From an uncultured Gemmatimonadaceae bacterium (lineage in GTDB: Bacteria; Gemmatimonadota; Gemmatimonadetes; Gemmatimonadales; Gemmatimonadaceae): 64,000 nt of DNA. The DNA lies in NCBI GenBank assembly GCA_963829055.1, contig CAWHHI010000011.1, positions 448,001 to 512,000 on the forward strand. The letters run 5' to 3'. Positions within the stretch are counted from its first letter, which is position 1, and each line of letters starts with the position of its first letter. The notes under the pieces were generated by a model, which saw nothing but the letters and a program-made list of their open reading frames with translations, made no database searches and was not told the DNA's origin. Position numbers and translations under genes: made by a program. Shown one piece after another: positions 12,000 to 21,778 of the stretch.

Positions 12000-12575
12000 A
12001 TGGACTGGCTGACCTTCATCGCCGCGATCGTGAAGGCACTCGCCTGGCCGCTGACGGTGCTGGGCGTGTTCGCCGTGCTCCGCAGGCCGCTATTGGGACT
12101 CATCCCGCTGGTCGCCCGTCTCAAATTCAAGGATCTGGAGCTCGACTTCGGGCGTCGGCTGGCCGAGGTCCGCGCGGAGGCCGAGAGCCTGCCGAGGGTG
12201 CCATCCGCCGCCTCGACGGAGAGTGACGATACCCTGCTCCGCCTCGCAGCCATGGCGCCGCGCGCCGCGATTCTGGAGGCATGGCTGCGCCTCGAGGCGA
12301 CGGCGCTGCGCGCCGCGCGACGCAAGGGCACGAGCGAGCCGGTCACGCAGTTGCGAGCTCCCGTCCGGCTGATCGAAGCACTCGAAGAGCTCGGCGTGAT
12401 CGACGCGCGGCAAGCGGCAGTCTTTCATGAGCTCCGCAGCCTCCGTAACTCGGCCGCGCACGCACTCGGCTTCGAGCCCGATCCGGAGGCCGCGCGCGAC
12501 TACGTTCGACTTGCGGCGCGACTGGAGCAGGCGATCGACGAGCGTGTGGCAGGTCCTGAGAACCCGCAACGGTGA
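12000..12575 (+). CDS. hypothetical membrane-anchored protein
   Basis: N-terminal TM segment MDWLTFIAAIVKALAWPL; C-terminal LRNSAAH (HEPN-like RxxxxH). Confidence 0.75.
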   Translation: MDWLTFIAAIVKALAWPLTVLGVFAVLRRPLLGLIPLVARLKFKDLELDFGRRLAEVRAEAESLPRVPSAASTESDDTLLRLAAMAPRAAILEAWLRLEATALRAARRKGTSEPVTQLRAPVRLIEALEELGVIDARQAAVFHELRSLRNSAAHALGFEPDPEAARDYVRLAARLEQAIDERVAGPENPQR

Positions 12576-12837
12576 CGCCACGTTTGCACGCAGACCTCGC
12601 CGGTCGCGGGAGCGTTCTGCCGTGACGGGCGAGCAAACCGAGGGGTCTGCTTTCGGCCGGATCGGTGAGAACGCCGCGCGGCCGGGCGCGCCGGATTAGC
12701 TTCTGACGTTACTCGCCGCAGGGGAGGCGAACTGCAAAGTCAGACCGTCTCAGCTTTCGCGCTCTCCTGGCGCTTGGCAGCGGCCCACTTGGCATCGGCC
12801 CGCTGCCTCAGCTCCGTCCTACGGCTCGCCTAACGCG

Positions 12838-13107
12838 ATGAACGACACACGGCACGTCGATCCACTGCACGGGATCACGCTCAAGGCAATGATCGAGCAC
12901 CTCGTTGAGCGCTACGGCTGGGGCGGATTGGGCGAACGCATCGACATCCGGTGCTTCACCCATGATCCGAGCGTCAACTCGTCGCTCAAATTCCTGCGCA
13001 AGACTCCATGGGCGCGAGCCAAGGTCGAGTCACTGTACCTTCACTCGGTCGCGCATCCGCGAAAGGGCGTTGCGCCGGCAGCAGACGATCGGTCTCGCGC
13101 GGATTGA
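12838..13107 (+). CDS. VF530 family (DUF2132) small putative DNA-binding protein
   Basis: [37 protein letters not shown]. Confidence 0.9.
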   Translation: MNDTRHVDPLHGITLKAMIEHLVERYGWGGLGERIDIRCFTHDPSVNSSLKFLRKTPWARAKVESLYLHSVAHPRKGVAPAADDRSRAD

Positions 13108-13116
13108 CCGGACCGC

Positions 13117-13671
13117 GTGTCGCACGAACAGTTGCACGACCAGTTACCAATTCAGGAGTCGCTGCCCTGGCTGCGCACGCCGAGGCTTGTGCTCCGGCCG
13201 ATGACGCTCGCCGACGCCGGAGATGTCTTCGCGTACGCCGCTGACCCGGAGGTGCTCCGCTACACGACGGGCACCACGCCAAAACGTCCCGAGGAGACGC
13301 ACGCATGGCTGCAGGCGGTGCTCGCTGATCCGGAAACGCACATGTGGGCCATTCGCCTGGCCGATGATCCATCGGTGATCGGCGCGCTCGAGTTTGGCAT
13401 GCCGACACCAGGAGTCGGGTCGATTCACTACGCGCTCGGCCGATCACACTGGGGCGTCGGTCTCATGACGGAAGCCGTCGACGCGGTTTGCCTCTGGGCC
13501 ACGAACGCGCTTCCGTCGCTCCGCGAGATCACCACGTCCGTCGCAGCGGCGAACGTCAGGTCGGCCCGGGTTCTCGAGAAGTGTGGATTCCGGCGCGTCG
13601 GCTCCGCGTTCGAGGTCTGGGCAAAGGACGCTGCGCCCATCGAGCTTCACGTGTACCGGCGCGAGGCCTAA
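13117..13671 (+). CDS. GNAT N-acetyltransferase, RimJ/RimL type
   Basis: LRTPRLVLRP, WGVGLMTEA, NVRSARVLEKCGF. Confidence 0.9.
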   Translation: MSHEQLHDQLPIQESLPWLRTPRLVLRPMTLADAGDVFAYAADPEVLRYTTGTTPKRPEETHAWLQAVLADPETHMWAIRLADDPSVIGALEFGMPTPGVGSIHYALGRSHWGVGLMTEAVDAVCLWATNALPSLREITTSVAAANVRSARVLEKCGFRRVGSAFEVWAKDAAPIELHVYRREA

Positions 13672-13677
13672 CGCGAC

Positions 13678-14127
13678 GTGTTCACGTTCTCGGTGCGAGG
13701 CGCCCGGGAGGCCGCGGTCGTGGGACGCATCGACGCGTGGATCCATGCCTATCTCACGACCAGCCCTGGAGCCAACCTGCCCATGGCCGCCGGTCTCCGT
13801 CTCCAACAGCGCTGGTGGCTCGGACCCGTTCTCGTGCCGACGGCCTCGTTGACGAGGATCTGCGGCCCAGAGCCAGAAATGGCGTACCGCACCACCAGCG
13901 AAGCGTGGGAGCAGCGCGTGTCGGCGATCGCCGCGGCGGCCCACGACCCTGAAGCGTTGCCGCCGCTGATAGTCGAGTGGCGAGGCGACGAGCTTGGGTT
14001 ATGCGACGGGAACCACCGCCATGAGGCGCTGCGACGACGCGGCGAGCAACACGTGTGGGCGTTCGTCTGGTGCAACTCCGAAGCTGAATTCCTGAACGCG
14101 CGCGATCAGTTCGCGGCGACTCGATGA
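13678..14127 (+). CDS. stand-alone ParB/Srx N-terminal domain protein
   Basis: PPLIV..LCDGNHRHEAL motif; no HTH seen. Confidence 0.7.
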   Translation: MFTFSVRGAREAAVVGRIDAWIHAYLTTSPGANLPMAAGLRLQQRWWLGPVLVPTASLTRICGPEPEMAYRTTSEAWEQRVSAIAAAAHDPEALPPLIVEWRGDELGLCDGNHRHEALRRRGEQHVWAFVWCNSEAEFLNARDQFAATR

Positions 14128-15179
14128 CATTCCTGCTCTATGGCGCGAACGGCTACACCGGCGAGCTGATCGCTCGTCAGGCAGTCACGAACGGACTCCG
14201 ACCGATTCTCGCCGGCCGCAGCGAGCCGCCGCTCGCGCAACTCGCGCGTGAGCTCGGTCTCGAGCATCGCGTCGCCCGCGTTGACGACGCTGCGGCACTC
14301 GACCGGGCGATCGGCGACACGTCACTCGTCCTGAACTGCGCTGGCCCGTTCTCGCAAACGGCACGCGCGGTTGCTAGCGCCTGTATTCAGCGCGGCGCGC
14401 ACTACCTGGACATCACCGGCGAGATCGCCGTGTTCGAGTCACTGGCCGCACGCAGTGGCGAAGCGGAGAAAGCCCGTGTGATGCTCTTGCCCGGTGTTGG
14501 ATTCGACGTGGTGCCAAGCGACTGCCTCGCCGCGCACGTCGCGAAGCGGTTGCCATCGGCCACCCACCTAACGATCGCGATCCAGGGATCCTCCCGGCTG
14601 TCACGCGGCACGGCACTCACGAGTCTCGAAGGATTCGCGGCCGGTCGCGGCGCAGGTGCGGTGCGTCGAGGCGGTCGCATCGAGCGTGTTGCGCCGGCCT
14701 GGAAGACGCGGGCCGTCGACCTTGGCGCCGGTCACGTGCGGGTCACGACGATGCCGTGGGGCGACGTCGCGACGGCGTTTCACAGCACCGGGATTCCCGA
14801 TGTCGAGGTATACATGGCGATCCCCGCTGCCGTTCGCCGCGTTATGCGCTACGGCAGGCCGCTGTTGCCGCTGCTCGCGTCGGCTCCCGTTCGTCGCTGG
14901 ATCGAGGCGCGCGTGCGGCGTGGCACTCCGGGTCCAACGGCGCAGCAACGCGCACGCGGCTGGAGTCGTTTCTGGGCCCAGGCGCGCGATGACGCTGGAC
15001 ACTCGGCCACCGCTCGACTGCTGACGCCGGAAGGGTACGAGCTCACCGTACACACGGCGCTGGAGTGCACGCGGCGCGTGTTACAGGGCGATTGGCGGGC
15101 GGGCTATCAGACGCCATCGACGGCGTACGGTCCGGATCTCGTGCTCGCGATCGACGGTGTGCGTCGGGAGGACGTCTGA
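14124..15179 (+). CDS. saccharopine dehydrogenase-like NAD(P)-binding oxidoreductase
   Basis: LYGANGYTG, LNCAGPF, YLDITGE, GFDVVPSD. Confidence 0.9.
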   Translation: MTFLLYGANGYTGELIARQAVTNGLRPILAGRSEPPLAQLARELGLEHRVARVDDAAALDRAIGDTSLVLNCAGPFSQTARAVASACIQRGAHYLDITGEIAVFESLAARSGEAEKARVMLLPGVGFDVVPSDCLAAHVAKRLPSATHLTIAIQGSSRLSRGTALTSLEGFAAGRGAGAVRRGGRIERVAPAWKTRAVDLGAGHVRVTTMPWGDVATAFHSTGIPDVEVYMAIPAAVRRVMRYGRPLLPLLASAPVRRWIEARVRRGTPGPTAQQRARGWSRFWAQARDDAGHSATARLLTPEGYELTVHTALECTRRVLQGDWRAGYQTPSTAYGPDLVLAIDGVRREDV

Positions 15180-15362
15180 CGGCGAAGTGCGCCGCCCACG
15201 GCTGAGACTCCACACACCACAGTTGAGCCCATAGCATTCGCTCGTGGCATCGATGCTTCACCTGCCACGAGACGCAGAAGAAGGATGGGCTGGTGCTGAG
15301 CAGCTACCGTCAGTGAGCGTGGGGCACGCGCACCCCGGTGGCCGTCCCGTTAGGCGAACGAC

Positions 15363-16778
15363 TCAGGTGAACGGCGAATCCGGGAGGGCAATCGTCGCCC
15401 GACGACCGCGAAGCGCCCCGTCGAGACGGAGCATGGCCAGGCCCACGCCAGCGGCACCCTGCATGAGCCCCGTCTGCGCGAGCACCACGTTCGGGCTGAC
15501 GCGATTCTCCGCCTGAACCCACTTGAGCCCATCGCCCTCGGGCGTTGCGCGGTCGAGCGTGTCGTCAGCGACACGACGCGCGAACGCCAGGTACGACGCC
15601 TCGCTCGTTAGGCCGTACATCGTCGCGAAGAAATCCGACACGCCGCAGTTGCCGCAGCACTGACTGATGTTGTTCCAGAAGCCCGCGCTCCGCTGCGGCA
15701 CGCCGCTGCCGACGACTCCCTGCGCGAGCTTCGGCACGTAGTCGAACCAGGCGCGGTCGCCCGTGACCGTGCTCAGACGATGGAAGAGTCGCGCGGTCCC
15801 CACCGGACCGTGGCACCAGCTGAGATAGAACAGGTCGCGGCCATCCGGGTCATTGTGGAAGATCCGCATGCCTCCGCCGTCGGTTGGCGTCGCCACCGAT
15901 TGGAGATACCGGCCGCCACGAATCGCCGCGTCGGCGAATGCTCGATCCTTCGTCTCGCCAGCAAGCGTCGCGAGGAAGTACGCGACGCCGGCGGTTCCAT
16001 GCGAGAAGTTCGGCATGTTCCGCGTGAAGCTCGGCGACATCATCCAGAGCGACGCATCGCCGCTACGATACTCGCGCTCGAGCAAGCGCCGCCCTGCCCT
16101 GACGGCCAGGCGTCGAGCGGCTGGGTCACCGCTCGCGGTGGATCCGCGCATCAGATACAGGCCGATGCCCGCGGTGCCGCTGATGATGTCGGTCGAGTCG
16201 TTCCACTCCACTCCGTCGCCGACATCGTGCGCCGCCGCAATGACGGCGCCTAACGCCTTGGTCGCGGCGGCCCGATAGCGCTGCTGTCCGCTCGCCAGCG
16301 CTGCCTGCTCGAGCGTATACCCCACGCCCGCGAGTCCGGTGTAGAGACCCGCGCCTTCGTCGCCGGTAGCGGCGTCCGGGAGCGTCGCGGCGAGGTAGTC
16401 TGCACCCGCGGTTGCCAGATCGAGCCAGGCGCGGTCGCCGGTCGCTCGATGTAACTCGATCAGGAACAGCACCACCCCTGGGCTTCCCGAGTACAGATCG
16501 CGCTGGACCGTCTTCGGATCGGGGGGAACCGCGGGCCACGTCGTGCCCTCGGGCGACGTGATCGCCGTCGCTCGCAGCCATCGTGCGGCGCCGAGTGCGG
16601 CGTTGAGATAGCGAAGGTCGGGTTCGGCCGATCGCGTCGAGCGAACGGTGCGACGCAACGGCAGCGGTAGCGCCGCGAACGCCGCGGCTCCCAACCCAAC
16701 ACGGATCACGTCACGCCGGGACTGTTTGCGGTCCGCGTTCGCGCCGTTGCTGACGTCGTTCTGCGTCTCATCGCCCAT
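15363..16778 (-). CDS. lanthionine synthetase C-like (LanC-like) protein with Tat signal peptide
   Basis: SRRDVIRVG plus hydrophobic stretch; GxxG repeats LYSGSPG, LYTGLAG, IISGTAG, FSHGTAG, SWCHGPVG, QCCGNCG, LMQGAAG. Confidence 0.88.
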   Translation of the reverse strand: MGDETQNDVSNGANADRKQSRRDVIRVGLGAAAFAALPLPLRRTVRSTRSAEPDLRYLNAALGAARWLRATAITSPEGTTWPAVPPDPKTVQRDLYSGSPGVVLFLIELHRATGDRAWLDLATAGADYLAATLPDAATGDEGAGLYTGLAGVGYTLEQAALASGQQRYRAAATKALGAVIAAAHDVGDGVEWNDSTDIISGTAGIGLYLMRGSTASGDPAARRLAVRAGRRLLEREYRSGDASLWMMSPSFTRNMPNFSHGTAGVAYFLATLAGETKDRAFADAAIRGGRYLQSVATPTDGGGMRIFHNDPDGRDLFYLSWCHGPVGTARLFHRLSTVTGDRAWFDYVPKLAQGVVGSGVPQRSAGFWNNISQCCGNCGVSDFFATMYGLTSEASYLAFARRVADDTLDRATPEGDGLKWVQAENRVSPNVVLAQTGLMQGAAGVGLAMLRLDGALRGRRATIALPDSPFT

Positions 16779-16804
16779 GAGCTTCGCCCTCGGTTCGGTC
16801 CGCG

Positions 16805-17722
16805 TCAGTTCACCTTGAACGACGCGAGCACGCCGCGCTTGTAGTCGCGCTCGCGCTCGCCCACGTGCTTCGTAGTACAGAACACCACGTGCATCCCCGA
16901 CTGCAGTGTCAGCCGCGTCTGGGCAGTAACGAACGCCGACATTGGCGTTAGGCCGCCCACGTACACGAACGGCGCCTCGTCGTTCCGATCCCGGTCCCAG
17001 CGCGCCACGTCAGCCACCGTCTTGCCCGGCTTGAGGCGCCCGATCACCGCATCATGCGGCCTCGCGCCCACGTTGTCGAACTGCAACGTCCGCTGGCCGG
17101 TCTTCAGCACGCCGGTCACGTCGATGCGCGCATCCTTGAGCTTGATCATCGCGTCAGGCACCGCGAATCGCGCGGGGATGAGCACCGAGCCCGCAATGAT
17201 CGTGACGTCGCGCCAGATATAGCGATCCGCGCGTGGACGTCCGGCCGAGTCGACTTCGTACGACACGAGAACGTAGCGGCCGGGACGGAGGTCGACCGTC
17301 GCGTTCGCGTCAGGCGCGGAATCGCGCGGGACCGCGGGTCCGCCGAAGCTCGCCTGCTCGAACCACCGCTCTGGCCTGCCGGCCGCCCCGCGTGCGACCG
17401 TCTCGGGCGGAGTGCCCGCGGGAACGCGGTGCAGCGTGAGATCGCGCCGCGTCTTCCCCGCCAACTGCAAGCGGAGCGTCGTGATTCCCGCTGGCACCGA
17501 TGGGGGCGTCTGGAGCGCGCTATCGGTGGCAATCACCGTCAACGTGCGTTGCGCCTGAGCCGTGGCAAGCGGGATCAGAGTCGAACCAGCGAGTACAGTG
17601 ACCGCGAGACCGACGCGGGCGCAGAGCGCGGCAAGGCGGCGCGTAACGACTCTACTCGTGAGGCAAACCACCAGGGAGGGTTCGGAGGTGATGGGAGTGC
17701 AGTGCGCGACGGACGCGCACAC
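16805..17722 (-). CDS. secreted hypothetical protein with two internal beta-rich repeats; true start probably ~17660
   Basis: Signal peptide ending ATAQAQ; two similar halves (HRVPAG..GGP..DLRPGRYVLV / GRLKPG..GGL..LQSGMHVVFC). Confidence 0.6.
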   Translation of the reverse strand: MCASVAHCTPITSEPSLVVCLTSRVVTRRLAALCARVGLAVTVLAGSTLIPLATAQAQRTLTVIATDSALQTPPSVPAGITTLRLQLAGKTRRDLTLHRVPAGTPPETVARGAAGRPERWFEQASFGGPAVPRDSAPDANATVDLRPGRYVLVSYEVDSAGRPRADRYIWRDVTIIAGSVLIPARFAVPDAMIKLKDARIDVTGVLKTGQRTLQFDNVGARPHDAVIGRLKPGKTVADVARWDRDRNDEAPFVYVGGLTPMSAFVTAQTRLTLQSGMHVVFCTTKHVGERERDYKRGVLASFKVN

Positions 17723-17844
17723 AACGGCAGGGTGATTGGTACCCCGATCAAAGCGAAGTTATCTGCCGGGCCCGATACGCGGGAGCACGGGGCAAGGCAG
17801 TACGGTATCTTGTGCCTTCAACTTCCTACACTGGAGCGCTTTGC

Positions 17845-18201
17845 ATGCCACGCCCGCGAGCAGGAATCGTCTACCTCGGCCTCAAGAGCAGCGTCACTGC
17901 GCTGGATCGGCGCACGGGAATGGAAGTGTGGCGCACACCGCTCAAAGCCGGCGTCGGTCGATCCACCTCGTTCGTGACGCTGCACCGCGACGGCGACATC
18001 CTGTATGCCGGCGTCGGCGGTGAGCTGTTCGCCCTCGACCCGAAGACGGGGAACGTGCTCTGGCACAACCCGCTCAAGGGATACGGCTACGGGATTCCCA
18101 GCATTCTGGGCGACAGCGACGCCGCCACCGGCAACGCACTGCCGGCCGCCGCCGAAGCCAAGCGGGTTGCCGACGCCGCAGCGGCCGCCGCCGCGACCTG
18201 A
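17845..18201 (+). CDS. small PQQ-like beta-propeller repeat protein
   Basis: TALDRRTGMEVWR and LFALDPKTGNVLWHN repeats; GGAG upstream. Confidence 0.8.
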   Translation: MPRPRAGIVYLGLKSSVTALDRRTGMEVWRTPLKAGVGRSTSFVTLHRDGDILYAGVGGELFALDPKTGNVLWHNPLKGYGYGIPSILGDSDAATGNALPAAAEAKRVADAAAAAAAT

Positions 18202-18237
18202 GCCGGGCCGCCGACGTTGCCCGTTAGGCGCCGGACG

Positions 18238-19825
18238 ATGCGAGCCGCCTCGCGAACGCTCGCGGTAGTCGGCGCCGCGATTGCCGTCGCGGCGGCATGT
18301 GACAGGAAGCCCGGGACAGGCGGTACTGTCACATCCCGGGGCAGTGTCGCCGGCAGCGCGTCGGGCGTCGTGATCGACGAGATCATGGCGAACCCGCGCG
18401 CCGTGCCAGACGAGCACGGCGAGTGGATCGAGCTTCACAACGTCCAGTCGACGCCTGTGGACCTCCGCGGGTGGACGGTGGCGTCGCAGAACGATCGCGG
18501 CATCACCATCGATCGAAGCGTGGTCGTTCCGGCTCGTGGCTTCGTCGTGCTGGCGCGCGACGGAAACCGCGTCGACCAACGGCGGCGTCACCGCGAGCTT
18601 CACGTTCACGGACGGGCTGGCGCTCGGGAACGGCGCCGACTGGCTCGCGCTCAGGACGCCCGACGGCCGCACGGCCGACTCCGTCGCATGGACATCGGCC
18701 GTCGCCGGCGCGAGCCGAGCGCTCAGGGATGATGCAGCCGCGCATGCGGACGTGGGCGGGCCGGCGTGGAGCACCGCGACCACCCGCTACGGCGCCGGAG
18801 ACCTGGGCACACCGGGACGCCCGAATGACGGCGGCGCCATCGCGTCCGCGCCAGTTGCCTCGCCGGCTCCATCCTCCGGCGCGATAGCCCCGCCACCTCG
18901 GGTGGAGAGCATCGGCGCCCGCGACTCGACGCTCACGGTTCGCGTGCTCGACGTCGGGCAGGGCGACGCGATTCTCGTCGAGAACGGCGGCAGTCGCGTG
19001 ATCATCGACGGCGGACCCGAGCCGTCGCGCTTCGGGCGATTGCTCGACGAGCTCGGGCTCGACGGAGCGACGATCGATGCGGTGATCCTCACGCATCAGC
19101 ACTTCGATCATTACGCGGGCCTCCGAGAGCTCTTCCGCACTCGGCGCCGGATCACGATCCGCTACGTGTTCGAGAACAAGGACCCGTACGCGAACACGTC
19201 GCTGGCGCAGCTGCGCGACTCCATCATCGCGCGCGCGAATCGACGTGAGCTCATGTATCGCGACACAGATGACCCATGCGGCACGGGCGCGGCGGAGTGC
19301 ACGATCACGATGCGTGGCGGCGCGCGATTGCACGTGCTCCGTCCCGACCCGCGCGGCAGCGGCCCGAACAACCGATCGGTGGCTGTGAAGCTCGTCGCCG
19401 CCGACTCGAGTCGATTCACGATGTGGCTCGCGGGTGACGCGGAGCAGCAGGAGATCGCCTGGTTCGACACGACGGACTACGACCGGACGCCCGGCATGCG
19501 CGCGACGGTCCTCAAGGCCGATCACCACGGCAGCTGCGATGGCATCTCCCCGCGCTATCTCGATCTCGTGCGACCGGATGTCGTCGTATTGTCGCTCGCG
19601 GGAACGAACGACTACGGCTACGTGCACGCGCAGACGCTCGCGCTGCTCCAGGCGAGACGCATTCCGTGGTACCGCACGGATCAGAACGGGACGATCACGA
19701 TCACGGTGCCGCCCGGAAGCGCGCGCTACACGGTGACGACAGAGCGCGGGGCAGCAAATGCAAGAGGGCCGAGTGATCGACCGGCGCGAAACTGTGGAGA
19801 GGACGATTTCCGCGGGCGGCGCTAG
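18238..19825 (+). CDS. lipoprotein: lamin-tail domain + ComEC/Rec2-type metallo-beta-lactamase-fold hydrolase; frameshift near 18570
   Basis: Lipobox VAAAC; VVIDEIMANP..EWIELHN..VDLRGWT (LTD); VLDVGQGDAIL, THQHFDH, GDAE, HHGS, YRTDQNGTI. Confidence 0.88.
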
Positions 19826-19914
19826 ATCTTCGGTGACGGCAATAGATGCAATAGAAATCGCGGTCGGTATCACCAGTAACACGTCGTGAGTTGTCAGTCG
19901 TCAGTCATCGGTTT

Positions 19915-20673
19915 TCAGTCCCGCCTGGCGAACGGCTTCGAGCCGCCAATGGTCGTACTCACGACTCCACTGATGACCTGATGACCGAGAACTCGCGAAC
20001 TGATGCACTCACGACACGCGCGACCGTCCGCGATGCCGGCGATGACTATGCGGCAACTACGCGGGTGAATGTCCCCCGTGTCCGCCGGCGGTGCCCCCCG
20101 CAGTTGCTCGGCCGACCGCTGCAGCGCCAGCCGCGTCGCGTGTCGATCAGCCTCGATCGTGAGTGTCGAGCGCACGCCGGACCGCGTGTGCGTCACACGC
20201 AGGACATCTCCCTGATGCGCATCCGCGGGCAGCAGCCATCGCGGCATCGGGGTGATCTGGCGACCGTCCACCTCCACCGCGGCCGAGTCCTCATCGATGA
20301 CATCGACCACCCACGTGTGGTGCGAGCCGCGCGCCTGGAGCTCGTCGGTGCGACGGGCGTCGTCGGAGCGGGCGTGGCCGCCGCCGAGCCCTTGCTCCGC
20401 CAGCGGCGCGCCGAGCAGCGCGTCTTCGCGTCGCTCCTTCGCCATGCGGGCGAGGTCGACGTCGTCGGCGCGTGTGCCGATGAACTCATCGCGAATGTTC
20501 TCACGGAAGAACTCGTCGGGATTCCGCGAACGCGCGAGCTCGTCGTAGAGGTGCTCGGGGACGTCGGCGTAGTCGTACTCCGCTCCGCTCGTGAACTCGA
20601 CGCGCAGCGTGTGAGTCGCGCGGTCGAACTGGGCAGCGCGCACAGGCGACGCGTCGTCCCGATGCCTGGTCAT
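19915..20673 (-). CDS. KTSC domain + DUF3006 domain fusion protein; real stop may be nearer 20056
   Basis: FDRATHTLRVEFTSGAEYDYADVPEHLYDEL..FFRENIRDEF (KTSC); VVDVIDEDSAAVEV..PRWLLPADAHQGDVL (DUF3006-like). Confidence 0.75.
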   Translation of the reverse strand: MTRHRDDASPVRAAQFDRATHTLRVEFTSGAEYDYADVPEHLYDELARSRNPDEFFRENIRDEFIGTRADDVDLARMAKERREDALLGAPLAEQGLGGGHARSDDARRTDELQARGSHHTWVVDVIDEDSAAVEVDGRQITPMPRWLLPADAHQGDVLRVTHTRSGVRSTLTIEADRHATRLALQRSAEQLRGAPPADTGDIHPRSCRIVIAGIADGRACRECISSRVLGHQVISGVVSTTIGGSKPFARRD

Positions 20674-20734
20674 GTCGACTCCGGTCTGGTCCGTTGGCGG
20701 TGGTCGCAGACGCCGTGCCGCGTGGATCGGTTGC

Positions 20735-20875
20735 TGTCATCCCGAGGAGCGGCAGCAATGTCATCCCGAGGAGCGATAGCGACGAGGGACCTTCTGTGAT
20801 GGCATCGTAGCCGGATTGTCCACCAGTACTTCACAGAAGATCCCTCGCTGACGCTCGCTGACGCTCGGGATGACA
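20735..20875. repeat. REP/MITE-like palindrome TGTCATCCCGAG...CTCGGGATGACA (family B)
   Basis: Terminal IR, inner GAGGGA/TCCCTC stem, duplicated left half; homologue at 37428-37535. Confidence 0.85.
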
Positions 20876-20878
20876 AGG

Positions 20879-21601
20879 TTAGTCCTTCTCGTTGATGCGG
20901 AACGTGAACGTCTGCTCCACCAGCTGACGCACCTTGTGCCCACGCGCCTCCGCGGGCTCGAAGCGCGCCCGAGTGAGCGCCGTGCGGACCGCCGCCGCGA
21001 ACTGGTCGTGCGACGCATCGAGCACGCGCACGCTGCCCGATTCCACGCGACCGAGCGTGTCGACCACGAACTGTGCGTGCACATCGCCCTCCACGCCAGC
21101 GCTCTGCAGCATCGACGGGTAGCGTGGCGTGGCCGTGCCCGGAAGCGCGACGACCACCTTGTCCACGACACGCTCCGACAGCGGCTCTCCAGGCGCGCCG
21201 TTAGGCGCCCCACCCACCACCACGGAATCGCGGCCACTGATCCGACTCGGCCGCCCAAATGCCTCGTCCACCCGAATCATCGCGCCGGCATCAGGGAGCG
21301 TCATTGGAACATCGCTGGTGATCACTGGCGCGGGGAGCTCGATCGTCGGGATGGCCGGCACCGTCGGCGCGGACGTCGCCGGTAGAGTGCGCCGAACAGG
21401 CGGCGGCATTTTGGGCCGTGCTGGTCCTCGCTCCACGAACACCGGCTGCGGGACGACGTCGACCTTCGGCCGCGGCGCCGCTGTCAGCATCGTCGCCCGA
21501 ACAGCGAGCGCTATCAGCACCACGTGCATCGCCGTACTGACCACGAGCCCACCGGTGCGACGCTGGCGTGGCGCGTTCGATTCGGGAAGTCGACTGAACA
21601 T
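20879..21601 (-). CDS. tonB: energy transducer TonB
   Basis: TM STAMHVVL, Pro-rich linker, PRYP..GVEGDV.AQFVVDTLGRV..FEPA; GGAGGA RBS. Confidence 0.9.
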   Translation of the reverse strand: MFSRLPESNAPRQRRTGGLVVSTAMHVVLIALAVRATMLTAAPRPKVDVVPQPVFVERGPARPKMPPPVRRTLPATSAPTVPAIPTIELPAPVITSDVPMTLPDAGAMIRVDEAFGRPSRISGRDSVVVGGAPNGAPGEPLSERVVDKVVVALPGTATPRYPSMLQSAGVEGDVHAQFVVDTLGRVESGSVRVLDASHDQFAAAVRTALTRARFEPAEARGHKVRQLVEQTFTFRINEKD

Positions 21602-21778
21602 GCATCCTCCACGGTCGAGAGTTTGGCCTCGCCGCGCTGAGCGCACGGCGACTCTCGACAGGATGGGATGCGTCGATGAATCCGGGGTGACGGCGTGGTT
21701 AGGCAGCCGTGAATCGACCGTGAGGATTCATCGATCGACGCATTACGAAACCATGAAGCTCGCGGACGCCCGCGGGAA

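Noticed and set aside
12700..12835. Possible riboswitch upstream of VF530 (TCTGAC..GTCAGA hairpin, GCAAA)
   Set aside because: It lacks a consensus I can recognise for c-di-GMP or other riboswitch classes. An Rfam scan would be needed.
13678..14127. Chromosome or plasmid partition system
   Set aside because: Only the ParB-N domain is present, with no HTH, ParA or parS seen.
11838..15355. Integron attC array, because GCCTAAC and GTTAGGC equal the RYYYAAC/GTTRRRY core sites
   Set aside because: No GCCTAAC..GTTAGGC pair lies within attC distance (closest correctly ordered pair is ~220 bp and ends in a CDS). Most copies are intragenic and no integrase is present.
15363..18201. Lanthipeptide biosynthetic cluster around the LanC-like gene
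   Set aside because: No dehydratase, precursor, protease or exporter was recognisable.
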